Source: an uncultured Nitrincola sp.
GTDB taxonomy: Bacteria > Pseudomonadota > Gammaproteobacteria > Pseudomonadales > Balneatricaceae
Direction: 5' to 3'
Length of the DNA stretch: 64,000 bases
NCBI GenBank assembly: GCA_965243635.1
Contig: OZ251574.1
Coordinates: 1,032,188 to 1,096,187, forward strand
A model generated the notes under the pieces. That model searched no databases. It saw nothing but the letters and a program-made list of their open reading frames with translations, and was not told the origin of the DNA. Position 1 is the stretch's first letter, and every line of letters starts with the position of its first letter. This document shows, piece by piece, positions 19,736-29,761 of this stretch. The position numbers and the translations under genes are program-made.

Positions 19736-20115
19736 GCAAGTTACTTGTTTAGAGGCTGGTTAGCTCACCAGTATTGTAAAACATGCAGCTTAATGTCCTG
19801 TATAAGTGACGTATAAATTGCATGTTAGGATTGCAGTGTTTAAAAAATTTCACACCATTAATTACCGCACAAATTATATTTAAATCGCGCATTACTAAAC
19901 TAATTTTTATGTTAAAATTTGCCGAGTAGCTAGTTGTAAATATGACTAGGATACGCCTAGCCTAGTATAGATAGCCGTAGAGGCGCGCCAAGCAGCTAAT
20001 AATAGCCATTTGCAAATGTCGAAAAATAATGTTTATTCGGCTGCCGCAGTCGCTATTTCGAATTATTGAAAGTTGAAAAATGAAAGTTGAGAAATTGAAC
20101 CTGTGAAATTGAATA

Positions 20116-20982
20116 ATGAGTAATAAAGACCAAATCCAACGTATATTGTTTGATAATATTGACGTTCGTGGGGTCATTACCAGCTTAGACCAAAGCTTTC
20201 AAGATATTATGGCGCGCCACAACTACCCAGTTATTATTGAGCAAGTGCTAGGCGAAATGCTGGCCGCGGTAACCATTCTTAGTACCAATCTTAAATTTAA
20301 TGGGAAATTGATTTTACAAGCCAAGGGGGAGGGTTGTGTCTCTACTTTGATGGCTGAATGTAATCACCTTAAACACTGTCGTGCTATCGCGCAATTTGAT
20401 GAGAGTATTCCCGCCGGCTTAAGTTTTAAACAAATGTTAGCAGAAGGTCATTTAGTACTAACTATTGAACCTGAAGTTGGGCAGCGGTATCAGGGGTACG
20501 TGCCTCTAGAAAATGATACTTTAGCTGAGTGTTTGGCAGACTATTTTGATCGCTCTGAACAGTTGCAGAGTAAATTTGTATTCGCCTGTGAAAATGGTAG
20601 GGCGCGAGGTTTGATGTTGCAAGTGTTACCGGCAATGAAGTCCGCAGAAGATGATTGGTCGCGGTTATCTATGTTGACGCAGACTTTGACGGTTGATGAG
20701 TTGCTTTCACTGGACAATGAAACGCTGTTGTTTAGATTGTTTCACGATGAGCAGTGTCGCCTGTTTGAAGGGCAGAACATTGAATTTAAATGCCAGTGCT
20801 CTAGAGAGCGCAGTGAAAGTGCATTAAAATTATTAGCCAATGAAGAGTTGTTGGATATTATTGCCGAGCGAAGTTTTATCGAGATCGACTGTCAATTTTG
20901 TAATAGTAACTACAGCTTTGACGCTAGTGATGTAAACGAAATTATCCTTAAAAAAGAGTTGGATTCTGAGCAATTACATTGA
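20116..20982 (+). CDS. hslO: Redox-regulated chaperone Hsp33
   Basis: YQGYVPL, EQLQS, Zn motifs CQCSRER and CQFC. Confidence 0.94.
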   Translation: MSNKDQIQRILFDNIDVRGVITSLDQSFQDIMARHNYPVIIEQVLGEMLAAVTILSTNLKFNGKLILQAKGEGCVSTLMAECNHLKHCRAIAQFDESIPAGLSFKQMLAEGHLVLTIEPEVGQRYQGYVPLENDTLAECLADYFDRSEQLQSKFVFACENGRARGLMLQVLPAMKSAEDDWSRLSMLTQTLTVDELLSLDNETLLFRLFHDEQCRLFEGQNIEFKCQCSRERSESALKLLANEELLDIIAERSFIEIDCQFCNSNYSFDASDVNEIILKKELDSEQLH

Positions 20983-21073
20983 AAATAGTGCTGGACAAAG
21001 TCAGTCAGTGGACTAGTTGATCAGCGACTTTTAAATAGAGGCGCAGACAGCTTCGTCACAGCAATAGATAAGA

Positions 21074-21146
21074 TCAGACCTCTGCATAACGCCGTATTAC
21101 TGAGCGCAGTTATCATACCCTCTGGGTAAGTTGTGCAGAGGTCTCA
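21074..21146 (-). mobile_element. MITE family B, short copy B4 (73 bp)
   Basis: Ends tcagacctctgcataac / gttgtgcagaggtctca, with AGA on both flanks. The deletion differs from that in B1. Confidence 0.82.
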
Positions 21147-21341
21147 AGATATACCACTGCTGGTGGAGTGTGATTTCATCATTAAATGAGATTGACGCTA
21201 AACAGAGAATTCTAAAAGTGCCAAGTAGCGATTTGCCATTTATTTTTGCCAACTCGGATGTTGCGTGCAAGATTCGGGCTAAATTGCCAGTTTATAGACC
21301 CCGCTAAATGGCAACTGATTAGATAACAGCCATATTACTGA

Positions 21342-21370
21342 TAGAAAATATTATTCTTATTTGTGATAAT
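21342..21370 (+). promoter_or_regulatory. Putative sigma70 promoter of pckA
   Basis: TAGAAA-17-GATAAT with an extended TGn, followed by GCGCGCC. Confidence 0.5.
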
Positions 21371-21466
21371 GCGCGCCATAAATTCACGCAAAGACGTGAA
21401 AAATAAAATTTAAATTAATTTTTCGCTTACAGGTGGAGTTTGGTTAACAGCCAAAGGATTTAGTAA

Positions 21467-23014
21467 ATGACCAATAAAACAGATATGGTGCATAGTAATT
21501 TAAGCCGGGCAGAACTTATTCAGCAAGCTATCGTAAGAGGTGAAGGTGAATTGGCTAATTCAGGGGCGTTGGTGGTTAATACCGGTGCAAGAACTGGAAG
21601 GTCTCCTCTAGACCGTTTTATCGTGGACGAGCCTAGTACTTCAGATCTTATCGATTGGGGTGGGGTTAACCGACCTTTCGATGCTGATAAATTTGATGCC
21701 CTTTGGGAGCGTGTGGAAAGCTACCTGGTTAGCAGAGAGCATTTTGTTTCCAACGTGCATGTCGGATCAGATAGCAATCACTATCTGGCGGTTAAAATGT
21801 CCACCGAGACTGCATGGCAAAACTTGTTTGGTCAAAATCTATTTATCCTTCCAGAAGAGTATAATCCAAAGTCAAAGGAAGAGTGGCAAATCATTAATGC
21901 CGCTGACTTTAAATGCGATCCAGAGCGTGACGGTACTAACAGCGACGGCTGTGTGATCTTAAATTTCGCCAAACGCAAAGTGCTTTTAGCGGGTATGCGC
22001 TACGCAGGCGAGATGAAAAAAGCAATGTTTTCAGTACAGAATTTTCTATTGCCGGAAAAAGATGTACTGCCTATGCACTGTTCGGCAAACGTTGGCGAGG
22101 ATGGTGATACTACGTTGTTCTTCGGGTTGTCTGGCACCGGTAAAACCACCTTATCTGCCGACCCTGAACGCTACTTGATTGGTGATGACGAGCACGGCTG
22201 GGGCAAGGGAGTGGTTTTTAATCTAGAGGGCGGTTGCTACGCTAAAACCATCAACCTGTCGCAGAAGAACGAGCCTATTATTTGGGATGCGATTCGCTTC
22301 GGAGCGATCGTCGAGAACGTGGTGCTAGATGCTGCTAAGGTGGCTGATTATAATGATACTAGTCGCACTGAAAATGGTCGTTGTGCCTATCCACTGGAGC
22401 ATGTCGAAAAACGTACTGCTAATAATTTAGGTGGCGAGCCTAAAGCGATTATCTTCCTGACTTGCGATTTGACTGGGGTACTGCCTCCGGTTTCAATACT
22501 CTCAAACGAAGCGGCCGCTTATCACTTTCTGTCGGGCTATACGGCGTTAGTTGGCTCTACGGAAATGGGTTCAGGTGGCGGTATTAAATCCACATTCTCA
22601 ACTTGCTTTGGCGCGCCGTTCTTTCCAAGAGCAGCTAGTGTCTATGCAGAGTTGCTGATTAAACGTGTCGAAGAGTTTGGCTCGCAAGTATACTTGGTCA
22701 ATACCGGTTGGACCGGCGGAGCTTACGGCACTGGTACTCGTTTTGATATTCCCACTACGCGCGCAATTATTGCCGCGATTCAAAGTGGCGCGTTAGTCGG
22801 CGCTGAAACCGTGTACTTAGATGGTTTGAACTTAAATGTACCTGTCGCGGTAGCCGGTGTAGATAGCGCTTTGTTGCAGCCTAGAACTACGTGGGCAGAT
22901 CCTGCAGCTTACGATACAGAAGCGGCAAAATTGATTGAAAAGTTCACCACCAACTTTACTAAGTTTGATGCAGTATCGGCGAGTATTGTCGCCGCTGGTC
23001 CTAAACTTAAGTAA
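21467..23014 (+). CDS. pckA: Phosphoenolpyruvate carboxykinase (ATP)
   Basis: [44 protein letters not shown]. Confidence 0.97.
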   Translation: MTNKTDMVHSNLSRAELIQQAIVRGEGELANSGALVVNTGARTGRSPLDRFIVDEPSTSDLIDWGGVNRPFDADKFDALWERVESYLVSREHFVSNVHVGSDSNHYLAVKMSTETAWQNLFGQNLFILPEEYNPKSKEEWQIINAADFKCDPERDGTNSDGCVILNFAKRKVLLAGMRYAGEMKKAMFSVQNFLLPEKDVLPMHCSANVGEDGDTTLFFGLSGTGKTTLSADPERYLIGDDEHGWGKGVVFNLEGGCYAKTINLSQKNEPIIWDAIRFGAIVENVVLDAAKVADYNDTSRTENGRCAYPLEHVEKRTANNLGGEPKAIIFLTCDLTGVLPPVSILSNEAAAYHFLSGYTALVGSTEMGSGGGIKSTFSTCFGAPFFPRAASVYAELLIKRVEEFGSQVYLVNTGWTGGAYGTGTRFDIPTTRAIIAAIQSGALVGAETVYLDGLNLNVPVAVAGVDSALLQPRTTWADPAAYDTEAAKLIEKFTTNFTKFDAVSASIVAAGPKLK

Positions 23015-23142
23015 AGATGCTAGTTGAGGTTTAATGGCTATGGCTTGTTAAACCTAAGCTAGCGGTTGAAAATTTGATAAAGCACTCCATTATAGTTGTA
23101 GGTTTTTTAGAACTGGGTTGAGCTTATGGGTGTTACCTTAAG

Positions 23143-23211
23143 CCTAAATAGGTGGCTTTAAAGTGAATCTAGAGCTTGTGCTATGTGTTGCATTGAGGTC
23201 ACAGATTCAAG
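23143..23211 (+). mobile_element. MITE family A, degenerate short copy A5 (69 bp)
   Basis: Same length and junction as A4 (aaagtgaatctagagcttg). Flanks TTAAG/TTAAA match at 4 of 5. Confidence 0.7.
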
Positions 23212-23254
23212 TTAAAGTTGCAACTCAGTGTTTGCGGTTTTTAGGAGAGAGTTA

Positions 23255-23584
23255 ATGAGCGAAAATATTATAAACGTGACCGATGCTTCATTTGAAGAGC
23301 AAGTGTTAAAAGCTGAGGGCACAGTTCTTGTTGATTACTGGGCTGAGTGGTGTGGTCCCTGTAAAATGATCGCCCCAGTGTTAGAAGAAATAGCTCAAGA
23401 CTATGCGGCAAAAGGGTTGACTGTCTGCAAGTTGAATATCGACGAAAATAATGAAACGCCGCCAAAATTCGGCATCCGCGGTATTCCAACGCTGATGATT
23501 TTTAAAGCGGGTAATTTGGAAGCAACCAAAGTAGGAGCGCTGTCTAAGTCACAGTTGGCCGCTTTTATCGACGCTAATATTTAA
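23255..23584 (+). CDS. trxA: Thioredoxin
   Basis: [21 protein letters not shown]. The ATG at 23255 follows a GGAGAG RBS, so the start is trimmed from the ORF track. Confidence 0.97.
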   Translation: MSENIINVTDASFEEQVLKAEGTVLVDYWAEWCGPCKMIAPVLEEIAQDYAAKGLTVCKLNIDENNETPPKFGIRGIPTLMIFKAGNLEATKVGALSKSQLAAFIDANI

Positions 23585-23613
23585 CCATTATTTGAGTAAT
23601 AAGTAGTTAAACG

Positions 23614-23646
23614 AAGGTAGATATCATTAATATTGAAATCTACCTT
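23614..23646 (+). terminator. Hairpin between trxA and rho (possible terminator/attenuator)
   Basis: aaggtagat...atctacctt stem followed by tatttt. Confidence 0.4.
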
Positions 23647-23818
23647 TATTTTACTGGACAGTTAACGATCAACCTTCTATATTTAACAGGAATTTGCTGC
23701 TTGCTGATCTGTTATAGCGCAAATTATCCTGAAATTCCAAAATTTCCACGTCATTTAGTTTTGCAAACTAACAAATTATTCTTAAGCTTCGCCCAAAAGG
23801 GCCATCACTTCAAATTAT

Positions 23819-25078
23819 ATGAATCTTACCCAATTAAAAACTAAAAATGTTCACGATTTAATCGAGACAGCAACTGAAATGGGCCTAGAAAACTTAGGCC
23901 GTGCCCGTAAACAAGATGTAATCTTTGCAATACTTAAAAAGCATGCTAAAAGCGGTGAAGATATTTATGGGGATGGTGTCCTTGAAATACTGCAAGATGG
24001 CTATGGTTTTTTAAGATCTGCAGATGCTTCTTATCTTGCTGGTCCAGATGATATCTATGTTTCCCCTAGCCAAATTAGACGTTTTAATTTACGCACGGGC
24101 GATACCGTTGCCGGTAAAATACGCCCTCCAAAAGACAGCGAACGTTATTTTGCGCTACTTAAAGTTAATGAAATTAACTACGATCGTCCGGATAATGCCA
24201 AAAACAAGGTGCTCTTCGAAAATCTGACACCGCTGTATGCTCAAGAGCGTTTAACGCTGGAAATGGGCAATGGTAGCACCGAAGATTTAACCGCTCGGGT
24301 GATTGATTTAATGGCACCGATAGGCAAGGGGCAACGTGCATTAATTGTATCCCCACCTAAGGCCGGTAAAACTTTAATGCTGCAAAACATTGCTAACAGC
24401 ATTACCAAAAACAACCCTGAGTGTCATCTTATAGTACTCTTGATCGATGAGCGCCCTGAGGAAGTAACTGAAATGCAGCGTACAGTACGCGGCGAAGTTG
24501 TTGCCTCCACTTTCGATGAGCCGCCAGCGCGCCATGTACAAGTCGCTGAGATGGTTATTGAAAAAGCTAAGCGTCTCACCGAGCACAAAAAAGATGTGGT
24601 GATTTTATTAGACTCCATCACCCGTCTGGCAAGAGCTTACAATACGGTTATTCCATCCTCTGGTAAGGTGTTGACTGGTGGTGTTGATGCACATGCTCTG
24701 GAGCGTCCAAAGCGTTTCTTTGGTGCTGCTCGTAATATTGAAGAAGGTGGCAGCTTAACCATTATAGCGACCGCTTTAATCGATACCGGTTCGAAAATGG
24801 ACGAGGTTATCTTCGAAGAATTTAAAGGTACCGGTAACTCTGAAATTCACTTAGATCGCCGCGCCGCTGAAAAGCGTATTTACCCGGCAATTAATATTCG
24901 TCGCTCTGGTACTCGCCGTGAAGACTTGCTGACCACTGATGAAGAGTTACAGCGGATGTGGATTTTGCGTAAGTTGCTTGATCCGATGGACGATACTGCG
25001 GCAATTGAGTTTGTTTTAGAAAAGCTAAAAGACTTTAAAACCAACGAAGAATTTTTCCAGTCAATGCGTAGAAAGTAA
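23819..25078 (+). CDS. rho: Transcription termination factor Rho
   Basis: [37 protein letters not shown]. 419 aa. Confidence 0.98.
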   Translation: MNLTQLKTKNVHDLIETATEMGLENLGRARKQDVIFAILKKHAKSGEDIYGDGVLEILQDGYGFLRSADASYLAGPDDIYVSPSQIRRFNLRTGDTVAGKIRPPKDSERYFALLKVNEINYDRPDNAKNKVLFENLTPLYAQERLTLEMGNGSTEDLTARVIDLMAPIGKGQRALIVSPPKAGKTLMLQNIANSITKNNPECHLIVLLIDERPEEVTEMQRTVRGEVVASTFDEPPARHVQVAEMVIEKAKRLTEHKKDVVILLDSITRLARAYNTVIPSSGKVLTGGVDAHALERPKRFFGAARNIEEGGSLTIIATALIDTGSKMDEVIFEEFKGTGNSEIHLDRRAAEKRIYPAINIRRSGTRREDLLTTDEELQRMWILRKLLDPMDDTAAIEFVLEKLKDFKTNEEFFQSMRRK

Positions 25079-25141
25079 TCAGTAACATGTCTACCACACC
25101 GTGACAGGTGAATTGTCTTTGACGACAATTGCATAGATAAT

Positions 25142-25171
25142 AAGGGTGAACTTAAGTTCGCCCTTTTTTTT
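25142..25171 (+). terminator. Intrinsic terminator after rho
   Basis: aagggtgaac-ttaa-gttcgccctt followed by a T-run. Confidence 0.8.
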
Positions 25172-25209
25172 AACTATTTTTAATAGCTAGCTGTTTTTTG
25201 AGAGCCCTG

Positions 25210-26703
25210 ATGACCCAGTTAAAGTATAAAGATCTTAGAGACTTTATTGCAATTTTAGAAGCTCGTGGTGAGCTGGTAAGGATCAAACAAGAAATAGATC
25301 CCTATCTTGAAATGACAGAAATCAGTGATAGAACCTTAAAGGCCGGTGGACCGGCGCTGTTGTTTGAAAACCCTAAGGGCTATCAATTTCCAGTGCTGAC
25401 TAATTTATTTGGTACCGCAGAGCGAGTGGCGCTGGGGATGGGGCAGCAAAATGTAGCGGCATTGCGGGAGGTCGGCAAAGTGCTGGCTATGCTAAAAGAG
25501 CCAGAGCCCCCTAAAGGAATGCGCGACGCCTGGGAGAAAATGCCAATTTTCAAGCAGGTCTTGAATATGGCGCCTAAAGTCATCAAAAAAGCGCCCTGTC
25601 AGCAATTTGTCTTAAAAGGTGATGAGGTTGATTTAAGTAAACTGCCTATTCAAACTTGCTGGCCAGGAGACGCGGGGCCATTAGTTACTTGGCCGTTAGT
25701 AGTCACTCGAGGTCCGCACAAAGAACGGCAAAATTTAGGCATTTATCGACAGCAGTTGATCGGTAAGAATAAACTTATCATGCGCTGGTTGTCACACCGC
25801 GGTGGTGCGCTAGATTTTCAAGAGTGGCAGAAAGAGCATCCGGGAGAACCTTTTCCGGTAGCGGTGGCTCTAGGTGCCGACCCGGCAACTATCTTAGGGG
25901 CCGTTACCCCGGTGCCTGACACGCTCTCTGAATACGCCTTTGCCGGTTTGCTGCGTGGCGGTAAAACAGAAGTGACTGGCTGTCTGTTGAGTGACTTACA
26001 AGTTCCTGCCAGTGCTGAGTTTATCCTAGAAGGGTTTATATATCCGGGTGAGATGGCAGATGAGGGGCCCTTCGGCGATCATACCGGTTACTATAATGAA
26101 GTTGATCAGTTCCCGGTGTTTACTGTAGAGGCTATTACCCACCGAGAAAATCCAATTTATCACAGTACTTATACAGGGCGCCCGCCCGATGAACCCGCTA
26201 TCTTAGGGGTCGCTCTCAATGAAGTGTTTGTGCCAATTTTGCAAAAGCAGTTTCCAGAAATCGTTGATTTCTATCTACCCCCAGAGGGCTGTTCGTACCG
26301 CTTGGCGATAGTCACCATTAAAAAACAGTATCCCGGGCATGCTAAGCGCATTATGTTGGGGGTCTGGTCTTTTTTGCGACAGTTTATGTATACCAAGTTC
26401 GTAATTGTCTGTGATGACGATATTGACGCCAGAAACTGGGAAGATGTTATCTGGGCTATTACGACGCGCATGGATCCGTCTAGGGACACGGTGTTAATTG
26501 ACAATACACCGATTGATTATCTAGATTTTGCCTCGCCGGTTTCTGGTTTAGGGTCGAAAATGGGTATGGATGCCACCAACAAATGGCAAGGCGAAACCAC
26601 TCGAGAGTGGGGGGAGCCGATAGTGATGGATCAAGCGGTGACTGCAAAGATTGATCAGATTTGGCAGCAGTTGGGCATTGATAAGTCAGATATTGAGCGC
26701 TAG
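25210..26703 (+). CDS. ubiD: 4-hydroxy-3-polyprenylbenzoate decarboxylase UbiD
   Basis: [38 protein letters not shown]. Start trimmed to the ATG at 25210. Confidence 0.96.
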   Translation: MTQLKYKDLRDFIAILEARGELVRIKQEIDPYLEMTEISDRTLKAGGPALLFENPKGYQFPVLTNLFGTAERVALGMGQQNVAALREVGKVLAMLKEPEPPKGMRDAWEKMPIFKQVLNMAPKVIKKAPCQQFVLKGDEVDLSKLPIQTCWPGDAGPLVTWPLVVTRGPHKERQNLGIYRQQLIGKNKLIMRWLSHRGGALDFQEWQKEHPGEPFPVAVALGADPATILGAVTPVPDTLSEYAFAGLLRGGKTEVTGCLLSDLQVPASAEFILEGFIYPGEMADEGPFGDHTGYYNEVDQFPVFTVEAITHRENPIYHSTYTGRPPDEPAILGVALNEVFVPILQKQFPEIVDFYLPPEGCSYRLAIVTIKKQYPGHAKRIMLGVWSFLRQFMYTKFVIVCDDDIDARNWEDVIWAITTRMDPSRDTVLIDNTPIDYLDFASPVSGLGSKMGMDATNKWQGETTREWGEPIVMDQAVTAKIDQIWQQLGIDKSDIER

Positions 26704-26940
26704 GAACTTGTCTAATTTAGCACTAAGCTACTGCGAAAATTTAGAATTTGGCGCTGTTTCCGGTAAAATAGCCAGTAATCTGCTGCAAATCTGATTCTTC
26801 TCGCGAGCATAGTCGCAGACAGGTGAGCAAGTCGGCCAACTTCTAGTTGGTCTATCTACCTGCAATTATGGGTGCGCTTTAGTTTCAGTACTGTTTATGG
26901 ATGAAAAACAGTTATTTAAGCTATACTTTAAGCGGTAATG

Positions 26941-27115
26941 GCATTAAGTTATCGAATACAGGTAACCACGGCAAAAACCGAAGAATAGCGGAGTTAGTAC
27001 GCCCTCACTTTGGGTACAGCGTACCCTTATCTATTGGTGGTACTGCTGTAAATACACATATTTAACCGGATTTTAACGCCGTTTTTCCGCGCGTTTTAGT
27101 TATGCATAGGTTTCA
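26941..27115 (-). mobile_element. MITE family B, degenerate copy B5
   Basis: The reverse complement begins tgaaacctatgcataact (16/18 to B2) and aligns through the gcgttaaaa, atttaca, tacccaaagtgaggg, actccgctat and ggtttttgcc blocks. The other end is eroded. Confidence 0.7.
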
Positions 27116-27215
27116 ACGACACTATTTTACATGCAGTAGCCGTTTAATTTCTGTTACTACATCGAGTGATCTTAGTATATAGATTGATGGGCTAAGATGC
27201 TCAGGGGAATATATA

Positions 27216-27959
27216 ATGAAAAAAGTAAATTGCAGTATTGAGAGTGTGCAAAAATTAAATCACGATGTCTATCAGGTGAAGTTACTGTTACCTGAAATGA
27301 ATGACCAGAACATCGAGTATCGCGCTGGGCAATATTTAGATCTGTTCTTGGCGAGTGGTAAAAGTGCTTCGTTTTCAATTGGCTCTGCGCCTGAAGCCGG
27401 TCGTCATTTAGAGCTGCATATCAGGCACAATCCGCAAAGTGAAATTTCAAATGCGCTGCTTGCACATCTACAAAATGAAACGGCTATTGAGGTCGAGATA
27501 GCTAAAGGTTCCGCCTGTATTACGGCCGATAGTTTGGTGGCCAAAGATCGAGTGATTTTGGCGGCGGCTAGCACCGGCTTTTCTCAAGTGAAAAGCGTTG
27601 TTGAACACTTGTTAGCACAAGCTGTCAGCAATCAAATTCATATTTATTGGGGAGTTCGGGTCGCCAGTGATCTCTACTGGTCTCTGCTCGCTGAAAGCTG
27701 GGCGGCTGAACACAGTAATATTACCTATCATCCGGTGATTAGCGATCCTACTGAAGCGTGTGAATGGACCGGGAGAGTGGATTTGTTGCCGGCGGCAGTG
27801 CTGCAAGACTTTAGTGACTTTAGCGATGTTAAAATGCTGGCCAGCGGTTCACCGGATATGGTGTACGCGCTATTAGATGCCTGTGAAAGTAAAGGGATGC
27901 TAGAGTCACAGCTAGTGTCGGATGTGCTGGCGTACGCGCCTAGAAATAAAAAAAGCTAG
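27216..27959 (+). CDS. fre: NAD(P)H-flavin reductase (Fre-like, no 2Fe-2S domain)
   Basis: YRAGQYL, FSIGSAP, ILAAASTGFS, IYWGVR, SGSPDMVYA. Located downstream of ubiD. Confidence 0.78.
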   Translation: MKKVNCSIESVQKLNHDVYQVKLLLPEMNDQNIEYRAGQYLDLFLASGKSASFSIGSAPEAGRHLELHIRHNPQSEISNALLAHLQNETAIEVEIAKGSACITADSLVAKDRVILAAASTGFSQVKSVVEHLLAQAVSNQIHIYWGVRVASDLYWSLLAESWAAEHSNITYHPVISDPTEACEWTGRVDLLPAAVLQDFSDFSDVKMLASGSPDMVYALLDACESKGMLESQLVSDVLAYAPRNKKS

Positions 27960-28235
27960 CCTTTATTCAGCTAAGCTGCAAAGAGCCGCTTAGCTGGCAG
28001 AGGCTTGAAATCTGCCTCTTTCCCCTACCTTAAATCGGTTCCTGATTGACCATGATACTCCGCTCAACTTGGCGACTATTTGACAAAGTATTTAATTTCA
28101 ACAAGTTAAGAAGTTGTAATATGTTTCTATGATTTAATAATGGTTTAGATTATGGCCAAGTCAGATATTTGTAAATTTTTTACTTTAGGCCAGTCTGTGA
28201 AGACGCTGTGCTAATCAGCTAGTGTTTTGTTTTTC

Positions 28236-28315
28236 CTCTGTGCAGCGCAGCGCCTCTGTGCCCTCTGTGGTGAAAAAATCTTTAAAGGATTGGTTTTACC
28301 ACAGAGGGCACAGAG
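28236..28315. repeat. CTCTGTG/CACAGAG heptamer-based hairpin repeat
   Basis: ctctgtgccctctgtggtgaaa pairs 21/22 with ttttaccacagagggcacagag. An extra ctctgtg unit lies upstream. Confidence 0.85.
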
Positions 28316-28373
28316 AAGAGATTAAAAGCATCTTTTGCTATGGCGGAGACACAGGGCTAATCAGGAATCGGTT

Positions 28374-29651
28374 TTATTGGCGCGCATCAAAGACCAATTC
28401 TCCGCCGAGTAGTGTTTGCGTGACTTTGCCAGTCAGGGTCGATCCGATAAACATCGAATTTTTCCCCGCTGACACTAAACTGTGTTCATCGACCAGCCAA
28501 GTTGCGTGCTGATCAAAAATAGTAATATCAGCTACGGCACCTATCTCCAGAGACCCGGCTGCAATATTTAGAATTTTAGCCGGTCCACTGCTCAATTTCT
28601 CGATTAGTTGCGAGAGATTAATCAAGCCTTGTTCGACCAGTTGTAAACCTAAAGGCAAGAGTGTTTCCAAGCCGGATATGCCGGCGGCAGTGGCTGCGAA
28701 AGGTGCGTGTTTGGCTGCTTCTTCATGAGGTTGGTGGTCGGAACAAATCGCCTGAATTCCATCGGTGACTATGGCATTTAATAGGCCGGCTCGGTCCAGT
28801 TGGCTGCGCAGAGGAGGCTGCAAATGAAACATGCTGTTAAATCCTTTGGCATTATCATCGGTAAAAAATAAATGGTGCATGGCGACATCAACAGTCACGT
28901 TAAGGCCGTTTTTTCTCGCCTGTGAGACCATGCCTATTGAGCGCTGACAGCTAAGTTGACCAAAGTGGGCACGGACTCCCGCTTGTTCTATCAGTAGCAA
29001 GCAGCGGGATACTTCTATGGTCTCTGCCGACTCAGGAATACCTACCAGCCCCATGTCTGAAGAAGTATAGCCCTCGTGCAGTACTCCATTGGCGACCAGA
29101 CTATTATCCTGTGGCGTAAAAATCACCAAATAATCGTGGGTGGCAGCGTACTCAAGGCAGCGCAATAGCGCCTGGCTGTTCTCAATTGTTGCCCGGTGGT
29201 TAGAAAATGCAATGCAGCCAGAGTTAGTTAGTGCTGCCATAGGTGCAAGCTGTTGCCCTTTTAGGCCGATGGTTAAAGCCCCGATAGGTAGTACCCGAGC
29301 TTTTGCAGATGCCTTGGCTCGGTCTTGGATGAGTTCTGCGACCGCAGTACTGTCTATGACCGGCTGAGTGTTTGGAGGGCAGACTAAGGTGGTGATACCG
29401 GCACTGGCGGCAGCTGTCGTTTCGCTGGCAATGCTGGCCTTGTGGGTGAAGCCTGGTTCTCTCAAGTGCGCACTCAAATCAACGATTCCCGGGCAGACTA
29501 TTTTAGAGGTGGCATCTATGGTTATTTGCGCGGTGAAATTAGCCGGTTGGGCGCCTATTCCGGCAACAACACCGTCTTTAATATACAGGTCGGTAATAGT
29601 ATCAATGTTGTTTTTAGGATCTATTAAATGGCCGTTTTCTATTTTAATCAT
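28374..29651 (-). CDS. pyrC: Dihydroorotase-like protein PyrC' (probably the non-catalytic ATCase partner)
   Basis: DLSAHLREPG (the first His of HxH is replaced by Ser), PPNTQP, SDHQPH. Follows pyrB. Start trimmed to MIKIENG. Confidence 0.88.
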   Translation of the reverse strand: MIKIENGHLIDPKNNIDTITDLYIKDGVVAGIGAQPANFTAQITIDATSKIVCPGIVDLSAHLREPGFTHKASIASETTAAASAGITTLVCPPNTQPVIDSTAVAELIQDRAKASAKARVLPIGALTIGLKGQQLAPMAALTNSGCIAFSNHRATIENSQALLRCLEYAATHDYLVIFTPQDNSLVANGVLHEGYTSSDMGLVGIPESAETIEVSRCLLLIEQAGVRAHFGQLSCQRSIGMVSQARKNGLNVTVDVAMHHLFFTDDNAKGFNSMFHLQPPLRSQLDRAGLLNAIVTDGIQAICSDHQPHEEAAKHAPFAATAAGISGLETLLPLGLQLVEQGLINLSQLIEKLSSGPAKILNIAAGSLEIGAVADITIFDQHATWLVDEHSLVSAGKNSMFIGSTLTGKVTQTLLGGELVFDARQ

Positions 29652-29761
29652 GGGTCTGCTTACCTGGTAAACGTGCAACTGGCGATCTGGATTAAATTAG
29701 CCAGTTGTACGGGTATTTACTACATTAATAAGGCTCAATATTGATCAACTATAAAAAGCCA

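Noticed and set aside
28222-28512. 96-aa ORF across the CACAGAG hairpin
   Set aside because: It is translated repeat sequence plus the antisense of the pyrC' end.
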